From an uncultured Spirochaetota bacterium (GTDB lineage Bacteria > Spirochaetota > Spirochaetia > SZUA-6 > Fen-1364), in NCBI GenBank assembly GCA_963845535.1, contig CAWJSK010000018.1, positions 1-64,000 on the forward strand: DNA of 64,000 nt, written 5' to 3'. Positions 20,437 to 30,238 of this stretch are shown here, one piece after another. The position numbers and the translations under genes were made by a program. The notes beneath the pieces were generated by a model that was not told where the DNA came from, searched no databases, and saw only the letters and a list, made by a program, of their open reading frames with translations. Numbering within the stretch: position 1 is the first letter of the stretch; every line of letters begins with the position of its first letter.

Positions 20437-21534
20437 TCAAGCCGCATGCACCTTTTCCCACCTTTTGATCTCCTTCGCGTAGTCTCTGAGCTTCGCTTCG
20501 TAGAGCTTCTGCTCAACCCAGCGATAGGGCTCGCCCGCTAACAGCATTCGGCGCATCATGGAAAAGACCTTGCGAAGGAGCGCGATACGAGCTCGCCCGT
20601 ACCCCTTTCGACTCGCCAACTCGCGGTAGAACCGAGCCAGTACAGGAGAGGAGTCCGCCAAGTGGCTCACCGCCTGGGTGAAAAGGCTGCGGGCAAGTCC
20701 CCGGCTGCGTCGGTTGATCGCTCCGTTGTGCGTCACCCCGCCGCTGGAGCGCACCGTGGGCACCGTCCCCAGATATGACTGTAGCCGCCGGGCACTTTTG
20801 AACCTTGTGATGTCTCCCACCTCGGAGAGGAAGACCAGAGCCAGGAGTGGGGTCACCCCGCGGATGCCGATGAGCAGCTTCAATTCGGCCTCCAGCGGCC
20901 GGCCCGACTGGTAGATCTCGCGTTTGAGACTTTCCTTCTGCTCCTGCATGCTCGCCAGAAGTGCCAGACTGGTCGTGATGCATACACGACTGGCCGCGGA
21001 AAGTTCCACCGTCTTCAGTAGCTCGTCTGCTTTGGCGGGATTGTCCGCAAGGCGCTTGCCCAGCGCATGATCCCTCACCCCGCTATCCAACAGCACCCCG
21101 TGAATCTCGTTTTTCAGCTGACGGATCTGCTTGTTCAACAACTCATACAATCCGAATAGTCTCCTCAACTCCCGCACCACCGGTCCCGGCTGCCAGACTT
21201 CTGGCAGCTTCATCTCCCCGCTTCGTGAGGCCAGCCACAACGCTAGGGACAGATTGGCAGCGTCGCGTTTGTCCGTCTTCTGCCAGGAGTCGCGGATGAT
21301 GCGGAAGCGGTAGGCGTCGATCACCATGCAGCTGGCCCCCTGGCTCTGTATTCTTTCCGCCCAATACATGGCTCCTGCAGAGGCCTCGAGCACAAGTGCG
21401 TCTTCACTGCCTAGGCTCGCGACATAGCCCTTGATGTCCGCCTGGGCTCGCACGAACTTCTCTTCCGAGCCTTCTTCATTACGCACCGAGATCGTGGCGT
21501 ACTTCTTGTGCAGATCCACTCCGTGATACCTCAT
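20437..21534 (-). CDS. IS110-family transposase/recombinase
   Basis: GVDLHK, LEAS, KTDKRDA (DEDD); EVGDITRF..SYLG.VP..RSSGG. Confidence 0.95.
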   Translation of the reverse strand: MRYHGVDLHKKYATISVRNEEGSEEKFVRAQADIKGYVASLGSEDALVLEASAGAMYWAERIQSQGASCMVIDAYRFRIIRDSWQKTDKRDAANLSLALWLASRSGEMKLPEVWQPGPVVRELRRLFGLYELLNKQIRQLKNEIHGVLLDSGVRDHALGKRLADNPAKADELLKTVELSAASRVCITTSLALLASMQEQKESLKREIYQSGRPLEAELKLLIGIRGVTPLLALVFLSEVGDITRFKSARRLQSYLGTVPTVRSSGGVTHNGAINRRSRGLARSLFTQAVSHLADSSPVLARFYRELASRKGYGRARIALLRKVFSMMRRMLLAGEPYRWVEQKLYEAKLRDYAKEIKRWEKVHAA

Positions 21535-21594
21535 GCCCTCCTCCAGTCTCGAAAACCTTGGATCCAAACGAGGAGACTTCCTGGAAGGCGCTGT

Positions 21595-21815
21595 TGACTC
21601 CATACTACTATCCGGCATCGCCAGTGGCGTGCCAAGTTTTTGGTACGGAACGGCGGTGGGTGACCTGCCAAACTTTCACGCGTGGTCACCGCTTGGGCGC
21701 CACAAGTATGCGGAAGGCCATCTACCGTCCTCCTCTTGGAGTCCCCGGGTCATCGAGGAATGCAGTATACAGCCACCCACCACCATGATCATCAACGCCC
21801 TCCAGGAAACTAGGG
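21595..21815 (-). ncRNA. Predicted bridge RNA in the IS110 left end
   Basis: Two predicted internal loops: CAUACU (21705-10) and GUGAAAG (21673-79) match the target; AAAAACU (21635-41) and AUAGUAG (21605-11) match the donor; transcript limits approximate. Confidence 0.8.
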
Positions 21816-21833
21816 ACTGCATCATAAAAACTT

Positions 21834-22429
21834 TTACTCCTTTGGCACCGCCGGCGGACTGACGTCGACATAATTGTCCTTCGTCTTTCCCTCGTCCAAT
21901 CTCTTTTCAACTCTCCTGTACCTAAACCAAATGTTTCCTGGAAATGAGGGTAGTCTTTAAAATCTGTCCATGACCCTCCCCATTCAAAGCCACTTTCTTC
22001 TCCAAGCTTGCCTACAGATTGCCATGGCGTGGAGCTAAAATCCCAGTTCTGCTTCTTCCCTTCAACGATAGAAACATCGAAGGCAAGCCCGTAGTTGTGA
22101 TAACTTGACCCTGGCGGGGCGTAGCTTACTACCTTACTCTTGTCGACGATGTTCCCTTTCAAATCCCTTCCTTGAGCATATATGGCCGCCTGCTCCTTCA
22201 TTGATCGAAGTCCGGAAGTAACATGTACATCAATACCCGCATTCTTTGCCTGGATGATGAAATTCCTGGCTTGCTCACGAATCGCAGGGTGCAGAGTAGC
22301 CAAGTTCTCCTTGGTCTTCGGGTCTATCCGCCCTTCGTCATGTTCCCACGCGGCAATTCCGGCATCTTTCCCATTCGGATCCGTGTACCTTACCGGATTA
22401 TTGTTCGAGTAGGGATACAAAGCTAAGTT
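21834..22429 (-). pseudogene. Rhs core end plus M15-family (L-Ala-D-Glu-type) peptidase toxin domain
   Basis: YPYSNNNPVRYTDPNG, then SGLRS..EQ..YAQGR, SYHNYGLAFD, DYPHFQ; 1-bp shift near 21905 in an A run. Confidence 0.85.
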
Positions 22430-22430
22430 G

Positions 22431-24449
22431 GCTGGGTAGCTCTGGGCGATCCCTCGCCCAGAGCCCCCACGGACCCGTACGTGCGCGATTCGACGCATAC
22501 GGTTCTTCGGGCCATAGTTTCACTGCTTAACAAGAGTGCGCTATCCGAGCTGCAGGGAGTGGATACCTCTGGAGCAGTTGCAGAAAACGCTCCCAGGGCA
22601 TGTATTGCCCGCGACTGCGACGCATGAGCCACTTACGCCACGCTCTTTTGACTTCGTAGAAGAAGCTGCTGATCCAGTGCGAGTTTCCAGTTATCCCGTA
22701 GTACGCGTAGTGTCCGTTGAGCTTCCATGTGAGCATACGTTGTTGATCCTTAAGCGGTAGATGGCGATTACGCCTACACCACTCACAGGTACTCTTCAGC
22801 GCCCGAGTAAAGCGACTCGGTTCCGTCTTTCGCTTCACGACCCACGCCCCTTTTCGACTCCGCCCCCAGTAGTGTGTGAAGCCCAGAAAATTGAACTTCG
22901 CCCACCGAGGTGGTTCAACCGTCCCTCCCTCGCGCTTCTGAGGCTTGTCGAAACATATCAACCGAGTTTTCTCGGGATGAATGGTGAGGCCATATTTGCC
23001 AAATCGCTTCGGCAGCACGTCCATCACCCGCTCGGCGTCCTCTTTGCGCGCAAACACCAGTACCTCGTCATCCGCAAACCGAATCAGGAACGCATCACCC
23101 TTCAGGCGCGGCTTCACCACCTCTGCAAACCATCTGTCCAGCACATCGTGCAGGTAGATGTTGCTTAAGATTGGTGAAATCACAGCGCCCTGTGGAGTCC
23201 CCCGCTCAGGGTAGCTTACCCCTCCCTCCTCCAGTACTCCAGCATTCAGCCATTTCCCGATCAGACGAAGGAGCACCCCGTCACACACCCGCCTCTTGAG
23301 GATCTCTCTAAGGTGGCCTTTGTCGAGAGTGTCGAAAATTTTCGTATGTCAAGATCAATTATCCACCCGCCACCCATCTTCATCAGCCCGTCCCGAAGTG
23401 CCCGCAACGCATCATGGGCTGACCGCCCTGGCCGAAATCCATACGAGCAGTCCAAAAACTCCTGCTCGTACAGCGGTTCCAGCACCATCTGCACTGCACG
23501 TTGCAGCACCTTGTCTTCGAAGGAGGTAATACCGATCGGACGTGTTTCACCTTTCGTGCCCTTCGGTATATACACGCGCTTAACAGGAGGAGCGACATAC
23601 GTTCCCGCTTTCGCCCTCTCCAGTAGGCTCCTGAGGTTACCCCCAAGATCCTTTGCGTATTCCTCGGCTGTCTGTCCGTCCACTCCCACCGCCGCGTCCT
23701 TGCGCGTGCGGAGGTAAGCTTCGTACAGCCATCGCAGGTCGATGTGATGCGCCAGCGACGTGAAACTCACCTCGGGATGAATCCTCGCGAGTTCCGTTAT
23801 CCGCCGTTGTTTCGTTGACACGTCTGTGGATTCCATCGCATCCTCCGTGTGTCCCACCGACAGCTCTATGACCCGACGCCTCCCTTCCCTCCACGGGGTT
23901 CCTGCTGGGTTTGGTTCCCCCGCTTCAGCGGTACTGTGAAGGCGCTACGACTTCTCGTTGACCGTTTCGCTTCGCTTCGTTTCCTTCGCTCGGCAATACC
24001 ATTTGCAGCCTGCGTCTTTGTTCTTCGCTCCGCATGGGCATCATGACGCTTCTGCCCATGGGCCAGGGGTTCATTCTCTGGTGACCCTCGTCCAGTTTCC
24101 GAAGGCATGGAATCAACGAGATCTCCCAAGTTCCTGGGTGACCCTTATTCGTATTTGCCCTGTTCTCCGACCCCGGCGGGACCTCCACGTCGGGCCATTA
24201 CGACGCTTCGGTGCTGTCCCCGCATAGTTAACTGCGAAGACTCCCGCATGGCTGCTATCGAGGCTCAATCGCACGGCTTTTACGATCGTTGTCTACGCTT
24301 CATGGCCACAGTCGCCTGTGGTCACGCAAGACTCACTTCCAGCTGCTGGCCAAGCTTTGCTGTGTTGGATTGGTTACCAACAGGGTCACGATGAAAGGTT
24401 TCCGCCTACATGCTGAGCATCCTCCTTTCCCAAGCTTTGCTTGGCGCGA
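22431..24449 (-). mobile_element. Group II intron
   Basis: Domain V GAACCGTATGCG..CGCACGTACGG and domain VI hairpin with bulged A at the 3' end; RT ORF inside; removal restores the IS66 TIR. Confidence 0.9.
22527..23857 (-). CDS. ltrA: Group II intron reverse transcriptase/maturase, no endonuclease domain (1-bp frameshift near 23338)
   Basis: SYGFRPGRSAHDAL, GTPQGAVISP, FADD, FNFLGFTHYW, domain X GHYAYYG. Confidence 0.9.
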
Positions 24450-24456
24450 TAACTGT

Positions 24457-25965
24457 TCAGCTGGTCTGAAGACAGTCAGTCAGGGTTAGGTCTTTTTCAA
24501 ACGCATTCATGAGAGCGTCAATAACCGATAGGCCCTGCTTTCTGATCGTTGAGATATAACTTCGTATCCGACAGAATGAGAGCGCTCCCCCATTGCTTCG
24601 GAATGCCCCGGATACTTTCTGCTGGACCCTCATCATTCTTATATCTCGTTCTGCCAAATTATTGTCGAAGTCAACTCTGAAATCGGTCATGTATCGCAGG
24701 GTCTCCTCGCGTAGTCGTTCAAGTCTTTCCAACAGATTGCGTGCTTTGCTGCGCTTGATCCGGCCCCGTTTTCCGGGGCTGTCTGCCCGATGAGGCGATG
24801 GGTTGGCTTTCATACCACTTGCGATGATCGCTTTGTAGCGGCTCTCATATTTGCGAATGTCGCAGAGGGGTAGTTTCTTCTTCCCTGTGCGTTTTGCCTG
24901 CTCCACAGTTTGCTTGCTCTCCAGAAGAAGGCCGATCATTTGCTGCGCCCACACTTGGCCACCCGGTTCATAGACCGCCGTGAGTTCTCGAATGTGATGT
25001 GCGTTGCACAGCGAATGCGAGCACCTATATTTCATGTAGGGTTTCCAATTATCATGAACCGCGTTGCCTTTCAGCCGCGGCAGAATTCCTATCTGGTCTG
25101 TGGCGGCCGTCCCGCGCCTCTGATGAGGATAGTAGTAGGTGAACTCCTGAGTGCCCGCCCCGTGCAGCCAGTGCAGTTTGCCGTTGATGCTCAAGCCGGT
25201 CTCATCAAAGTGCACCACTTTCGCCTGAATCAGTTTCTCCTTGATCTGCTCCACAACACCCTCGACTCGTTGCGCACACCGCCGATCGATACTGGCCAGC
25301 GTGCCAACGCTGAGGGGAATGGCGAACAGATCAGCGAAGGCTTGGGCGGCTCGATCGTAGGAAAGAAATCCATAGTTTTTTAGATACACTGCAAATGCCT
25401 TCAGCCGTGGACCGTACTGTGTTTTGTGACTTACCCCGAGTGGGAACACCGCTACCGAAAACTCGTGGCAGTGGGGGCAGCGCTTGATCTGGGCACGGTG
25501 TTCGGTCACATCCACGGCGATGGGCGGAATATCGAAGACTTGTCGTGACTCATACCCTCGCGGCTTTTGCTGTTGCAGCGACTTGCCGCATCCCTGGCAC
25601 ACTTTGACTTCATGAATCATCACCTGCTGCGGGTGTTCGACCATGGACAACGTTGTTCCCTCGTGCCCTTGCTGACCGCCAGGTTTTTTCCCGCTGGATT
25701 CTCGTCTCGTATGAATCCGTCGATGCAAGCCATCACTGGAGGGAGGCTTATCGCTGTTATGACTGTCCTTGCTGTTCTTCTCCTCCAGCGCTTTGATTCT
25801 TTGCGTTAACCTCTTGATCTGGTCTACCACCTGGTCGATGGTGTTGTCGTGCTGATCCTGTAGATACTCGATGAGAGAAACGATAGCCTCAGGGCCTGCC
25901 TTGTATGCATTCAGAATTTGCTCGCGAGGGATTCGCGGCAGATGATAGTCCTTTTCCTCTCCCAT
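24457..25965 (-). CDS. IS66 transposase
   Basis: NSDKPPSSD, KKPGGQQGHEG, zinc finger, HFDETG, LCNAHHIREL, FDNNLAERDIR. Confidence 0.93.
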   Translation of the reverse strand: MGEEKDYHLPRIPREQILNAYKAGPEAIVSLIEYLQDQHDNTIDQVVDQIKRLTQRIKALEEKNSKDSHNSDKPPSSDGLHRRIHTRRESSGKKPGGQQGHEGTTLSMVEHPQQVMIHEVKVCQGCGKSLQQQKPRGYESRQVFDIPPIAVDVTEHRAQIKRCPHCHEFSVAVFPLGVSHKTQYGPRLKAFAVYLKNYGFLSYDRAAQAFADLFAIPLSVGTLASIDRRCAQRVEGVVEQIKEKLIQAKVVHFDETGLSINGKLHWLHGAGTQEFTYYYPHQRRGTAATDQIGILPRLKGNAVHDNWKPYMKYRCSHSLCNAHHIRELTAVYEPGGQVWAQQMIGLLLESKQTVEQAKRTGKKKLPLCDIRKYESRYKAIIASGMKANPSPHRADSPGKRGRIKRSKARNLLERLERLREETLRYMTDFRVDFDNNLAERDIRMMRVQQKVSGAFRSNGGALSFCRIRSYISTIRKQGLSVIDALMNAFEKDLTLTDCLQTS

Positions 25966-26050
25966 GCAACTGAGCGTGACGGACTTTTTGAGTTTCCGGA
26001 ATACTTAACATCCGTCCGGTATTTCACCTCCCGGGGAGCTGAACAGTTAC

Positions 26051-26379
26051 GCTAAGTTAATGAAATTGAAGACCCCTCCCATCCCGGGCAAATTCTTGTT
26101 GAGCTTGCGCGAACTATCATCTGAAGGCATTTCCGGTAAGTATTTCCCGAAATCCGGGTCCGCACTCATCCACCTGCTCGTGGTCGGGTCCATGTAGCGC
26201 GCCCCGAAATAGTACAGCCCTGTCTCTGTGTCCAGTTCCTTGGAGGTGAAGCGGTAGCCGATGATGCTGCGGTCGGAGCCCTCATCGATCCAGGTCTCCC
26301 CATAGGGGGAATACTCCATGTGCTCCCACTCGTCTCCGTTCGCCTTCGTGACAAAGGTCGTCGAGCCCAGATGATCGGG
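26051..26379 (-). pseudogene. Rhs-associated core fragment (5' part of the interrupted toxin)
   Basis: PDHLGS..EYSPYGE..YRFTSKELDTETGLYYFGARYMDP..RWMSADP; joins 22429 in frame after IS removal. Confidence 0.88.
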
Positions 26380-26465
26380 TTCTAACATGCCGAGGGCAGT
26401 AGTCTGCAGCCTTAGCGCGCGTTTGAGCCGACCCCCAATTAGAATAAGCTCTCGAGAGGACAAGA

Positions 26466-27779
26466 TCACAGGCTCGAGCCACGCTCAAGGGCTTCGAACT
26501 TTGTGTACTTCGAAAGAAACGCGAGAGAAATTTCTCCAACCGGACCGTTTCGCTGCTTAGCCACGGCTACCTCGCGCACTTCCGCTTTCAGATCCTCGGT
26601 GTGGATGAAAATCACCACGTCCGCGTCTTGCTCTATGGAGCCAGACTCCCTTAAGTCAGCTAGGTTCGGCCGTTTCCCCTCTGTTTCCCGCCGGACCTGA
26701 GAAAGTGCAACCACGGGAATGTTCAGATCCCGAGACAAAGCCTTCAGCGATCGCGACACTTCCGCAATTTGTTCGTGCCGTGGCAACTCCCTGTTCTCCG
26801 TGCTGATCAGCGTGATGTAATCAATGAAAATGATCTTCACGTCATGATGGCTTTTCATTCGGCGAGCCTGCGAGCGCAAGTCTATAAGCTTAAGGTCAGG
26901 AACGTCGCTGATGTATAGTGGAGCCTCATACAACCTTCCGGCGGCTTCCGTGATACGGCTAAAGTCCGCGGGACTTAACATTCCAGTACGCATACGTTGC
27001 GAGTCGAGCCTCGCCTCCATGCTAAGAAGTCGTTGCATGATCGCCATGCTGGACATCTCGAGGGAAAAGAAGCCCACGGGGGTCTTGTCACGAATGGCCA
27101 TGTTTGCAGCAACCGTGAGAGCGAGCGCGGTTTTCCCCACCGATGGCCGTGCCCCGATCACAATAAACTCCGAGTTCTGGAACCCCATCGTCAACTGGTC
27201 CAGCTCCCTGAACCCCGAGGGGATACCCGTATATTCAGTCTTCGAGTGGTAATGCTTCTCAATAGCCTCGAAAGTTTGTTTTACTATCTCTTTCGCAGGG
27301 AAATAGGTCCCGGTTTGGTTACGGTCTGAGATCTCAAATATTTTTCTCTCCGCTTCCTTAACGATGACACTAGTTTCAGCGGAGTTGTCGTACGCTTGAG
27401 CAATTATCTCTTTCGACGTGGAATCAAGCATGCGACGAATGCTCGCCCCCAGGACTATGCGCGCGTAGTGTTCAACATTTGCGCTCGTCGGGACTGAAGA
27501 TGTCAATCGTGATACGTATGCGGCGCCCCCGCATTGTTCGAGAGTCCCGCGAGCTCTCAGTTCTTCGACAAGCGTAACCAAGTCAACCGACTGACCGCTG
27601 CGGTACATGGAGCTTATGGCCTCGTAGATCTTTTGGTGCGCGCCCTTGTAAAAGTCTTCTAAGTGGATCAGGTGCTCGATGGCATAGAAAGCTTCCGCGT
27701 CAATCAATATCGCACCGAGGGTAGCGACCTCCGCCTCGTCGTTGTAAGGAGGAACTCCATCTGGTAGCCCGCGTTCCAT
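26466..27779 (-). CDS. dnaB: Replicative DNA helicase
   Basis: PPYNDEAE, GARPSVGKT, IDYI, LSQ, DLRESGSIEQDAD, KQRNGP. Confidence 0.97.
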   Translation of the reverse strand: MERGLPDGVPPYNDEAEVATLGAILIDAEAFYAIEHLIHLEDFYKGAHQKIYEAISSMYRSGQSVDLVTLVEELRARGTLEQCGGAAYVSRLTSSVPTSANVEHYARIVLGASIRRMLDSTSKEIIAQAYDNSAETSVIVKEAERKIFEISDRNQTGTYFPAKEIVKQTFEAIEKHYHSKTEYTGIPSGFRELDQLTMGFQNSEFIVIGARPSVGKTALALTVAANMAIRDKTPVGFFSLEMSSMAIMQRLLSMEARLDSQRMRTGMLSPADFSRITEAAGRLYEAPLYISDVPDLKLIDLRSQARRMKSHHDVKIIFIDYITLISTENRELPRHEQIAEVSRSLKALSRDLNIPVVALSQVRRETEGKRPNLADLRESGSIEQDADVVIFIHTEDLKAEVREVAVAKQRNGPVGEISLAFLSKYTKFEALERGSSL

Positions 27780-28189
27780 GGCCTTTTTCTCTCTCCAAGT
27801 TGTCCTTGATCAGCATACATCAGTTTTGAGGAAATGTCGGTCTGAGACTGCAAAGGCGTTGTCCCGCTCACCATCCCAACATCCACGTCGTACTACCGCT
27901 CTACTGTTATGAGAATACCCGTCAGATAATCATGAGCCGGTTTTTGATATGCAAGCAATGGCGATGTTGTATTGGCTTTGTCTGACGCCCGTCTCAACCC
28001 GCTCCCATAGTTGGTGGCTAAGGAAGGTGTCCCCTTATGCCCTCCCCCGCTCCCCTACCCTCGAGCGGCGCGCTGCAGACAAAAAGCCCGATCCAGGGGA
28101 GCGAGCTAAGGTTACCTGCAGGCTCCCAAAGTCGGACGCTTGAAGCACCAAACTAATGACTGGGGATGATATGATTTGGAGCGTCAGGC

Positions 28190-28639
28190 TTAGGGGTCAA
28201 GAGCAGCCGCTGGTCCAGAACTCCAAAATCCATAAACGCAACGCGTTCCGCCACGCGAGGGATCACTGGTGTCATGTATAACCCCGTTGATTACAGCGCA
28301 TTCGTGCTTGCTGACGGAGACAATCAGGCGCCCCATCGGAAGCTCGCCGTCGCGCAGGTGAACACGACAACCGGTCCCGATGCCCATTGTTGGCGTAAAG
28401 TTCCATCCACTTCCCTGGAGGTAGCGACGAATGGTTTGCTTATAAACACCGTTTCGCGCAGATGAGACTCCACGCTTGCTCTTGCCGGTGCGTTCGCTTT
28501 TTGCTAGGGCATTAAGAGAGTGATACACGGTCAAGTAGTCTTGGCGCGTTGCAATCGCGATAGCGCGGGTGACACAATCTCCAGCGTCTCCGCGAAAGCC
28601 CGCGGCTGCACGTCCGCCGTCATCATATTGGAAACGCAT
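28190..28639 (-). CDS. Hypothetical phage/plasmid-type protein, possible papain-like Cys-His-Asp set
   Basis: GDCVTRAIAIA..KHECAVINGVIHDT..RCVYGFW. Confidence 0.6.
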   Translation of the reverse strand: MRFQYDDGGRAAAGFRGDAGDCVTRAIAIATRQDYLTVYHSLNALAKSERTGKSKRGVSSARNGVYKQTIRRYLQGSGWNFTPTMGIGTGCRVHLRDGELPMGRLIVSVSKHECAVINGVIHDTSDPSRGGTRCVYGFWSSGPAAALDP

Positions 28640-28839
28640 GCTTCGGCTGTCCGTTCGAACTTGCTCGTTTAACATATCGGCGCTTTCTTACGCAGGATGA
28701 TGCCTTTGAAAGTCAAACGGTTGGCCGCCTCGCAGAAAGTCGCCCCTGCTCTCCTCTTGAACAAAAACAGCCTTGGGTTATCAACCACACCGACGGTTGC
28801 GTGCGAAAGACCTTTGTCTTTTTCGGCAAAGTCCGAAGA

Positions 28840-28868
28840 ATGTTATATAAGCTCTCATTATATAAACT
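28840..28868. other. Putative tyrosine-recombinase core site 2
   Basis: ATGTTATATAA-7 bp-TTATATAAACT, immediately upstream of a recombinase gene. Confidence 0.55.
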
Positions 28869-28887
28869 GAGAAGGGGAAGGAGCAAG

Positions 28888-29952
28888 ATGGACCAACCCG
28901 ATCAGCTGAAGCCAAAGCGCGCTGGGGCTGCTTTCATAGCTGCCCGGATCGCCGAACTCGCAGAGAGCCTCCCCGAGCTCGAGGAGCTATCCCCGGAGGC
29001 CGCCACGCACATCATGCGCCTTGCGGTCGTCGACGAGCTCAAAGACCAGGTACGCCGCAGGGTCGCCGCAGAGCGCCTCGACTGGAAAGCCGAGCGCGCT
29101 ACTTTCATATCGGACAAGGTCTCTCGGCGCACAAGGATGGTCTACGACCGCGCCTTGAGCCTCCTTGAGGCTTGGATGGCAGCTCACAAGCTTACCCCTA
29201 GCGACCTTACCCCCCCGGGAGGCCGATGACTTCATCCGCGAGCTACGCGGTCGCCAGGGACGCGAGGGAAAGCCCCCCGATGCCGACACCGTGCGCTTGG
29301 TGGTCTCAGTGGCCAGTTCCTTCTTCACCTTCCTTGAGCGCCGTGACGCGACCATCCGAAACCCCTTTCGTGGAACTATAATAAGATCCGCCCACGCTCC
29401 ACTTGGCCCGTGGCGACCATCCCCACCAAGGAGGAGCTGGCAATCCTCATCGCCGAGGCCCGCCCCGTGCTCGCCGCGGCCCTGGCCGTGGTGGCAGAGA
29501 CGGCCCTGCGTGTGGGGGGCCTCCCTGCCCTCTCCATTCGCGAGGAAGGCCGTTACTGGACAATCTCAAAAGGAAGGCAGGTTGTGGGGCCTGACCCTCT
29601 CTCTAAGGAGGCCAAGCGAATGATTCATTTGGCCCGCCTTGACCCGCAGCAACCCTTCTCCCTTGCCAGCCTTCGCCGTGTCGGGTGGAAATGGAAAGAC
29701 CAGGTGCAAACATCCGCGCAAGGCCTGGTGATCGCACGGCTACAGATGCAGCTACAGCGGCTGTGCCAGCGGCTTGTGGCGCAAGGGAAGATTCGGGCGG
29801 TCTACAGCTTCCATGACCTGCGTCACGCCTTCGCCGAGCGAAACGCCCCCAACGGCCTGAGATGGCTTCAACGGAGGCTGGGACATGCGGCAATCGCGAT
29901 CACAGAAAAGTATCTCAGGAACACCTTCGCATTGGACACGGAGAAGCTATGA
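28888..29952 (+). CDS. Tyrosine recombinase split by two frameshifts
   Basis: Pieces 28888-29229, about 29215-29400 and 29410-29952; ALRV, HDLRHAFA, LGHAAIAITEKY. Confidence 0.75.
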
Positions 29953-30041
29953 AAATGGACTTACCACATTGGGAAGTGCGACGCACTTTCCCGGTGACGG
30001 ACCCTGACAAAAAGCGTGGAAAACCTGACCGGCCTACCCCC

Positions 30042-30224
30042 CTATCCTCGATCCCACCAGTGAGGTTCATCTGAAACCTTCTCAAGGACATCAACTTTCA
30101 CGCGTTGCTCACCACCAAGTGCAAAGACGCAGACAGCTTCGTCACCCTCTATCTGCTCGACGGTCATCGGCGATCCGCCGCCCTTGAAACGCACAGTATC
30201 TCCCACCACGATTTGCTCGTCCAT
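30042..30224 (-). CDS. YodC/DUF2158-like small protein, copy 2
   Basis: Near-identical to 12452..12634. Confidence 0.8.
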   Translation of the reverse strand: MDEQIVVGDTVRFKGGGSPMTVEQIEGDEAVCVFALGGEQRVKVDVLEKVSDEPHWWDRG

Positions 30225-30238
30225 GACCCTTTTGTCTC

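Larger units (their letters stand above)
18981..21832 (-). mobile_element. Cargo-carrying IS110 (bridge recombinase) element
   Basis: CT core at both ends (18981-2, 21831-2); DEDD transposase; guide matches in the left end; the circle junction would form TTGACG-17-TATGAT. Confidence 0.85.
22430..26050 (-). mobile_element. Single-ORF IS66 (ISBst12-like) containing a group II intron
   Basis: 14-bp TIR GTAACTGTTCAGCT (one copy split by the intron); 8-bp duplication GCTAAGTT at 22422-29 and 26051-58. Confidence 0.9.

Noticed and set aside
20422..20445. IS110 ending immediately after its transposase
   Set aside because: The core reads CG, mismatching the donor guide, and this boundary does not rebuild the target matched by the left target guide.
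21722..22498. ORF-track 258-aa protein as a stand-alone endolysin
   Set aside because: Its N-terminus is intron sequence and its C-terminus reads through a frameshift; the real unit is the Rhs tip.
22527..23857. RT as retron or diversity-generating retroelement
   Set aside because: Domain X plus intron domains V/VI and precise exon rejoining identify a group II intron; no adenine-specific TR/VR pair was seen.
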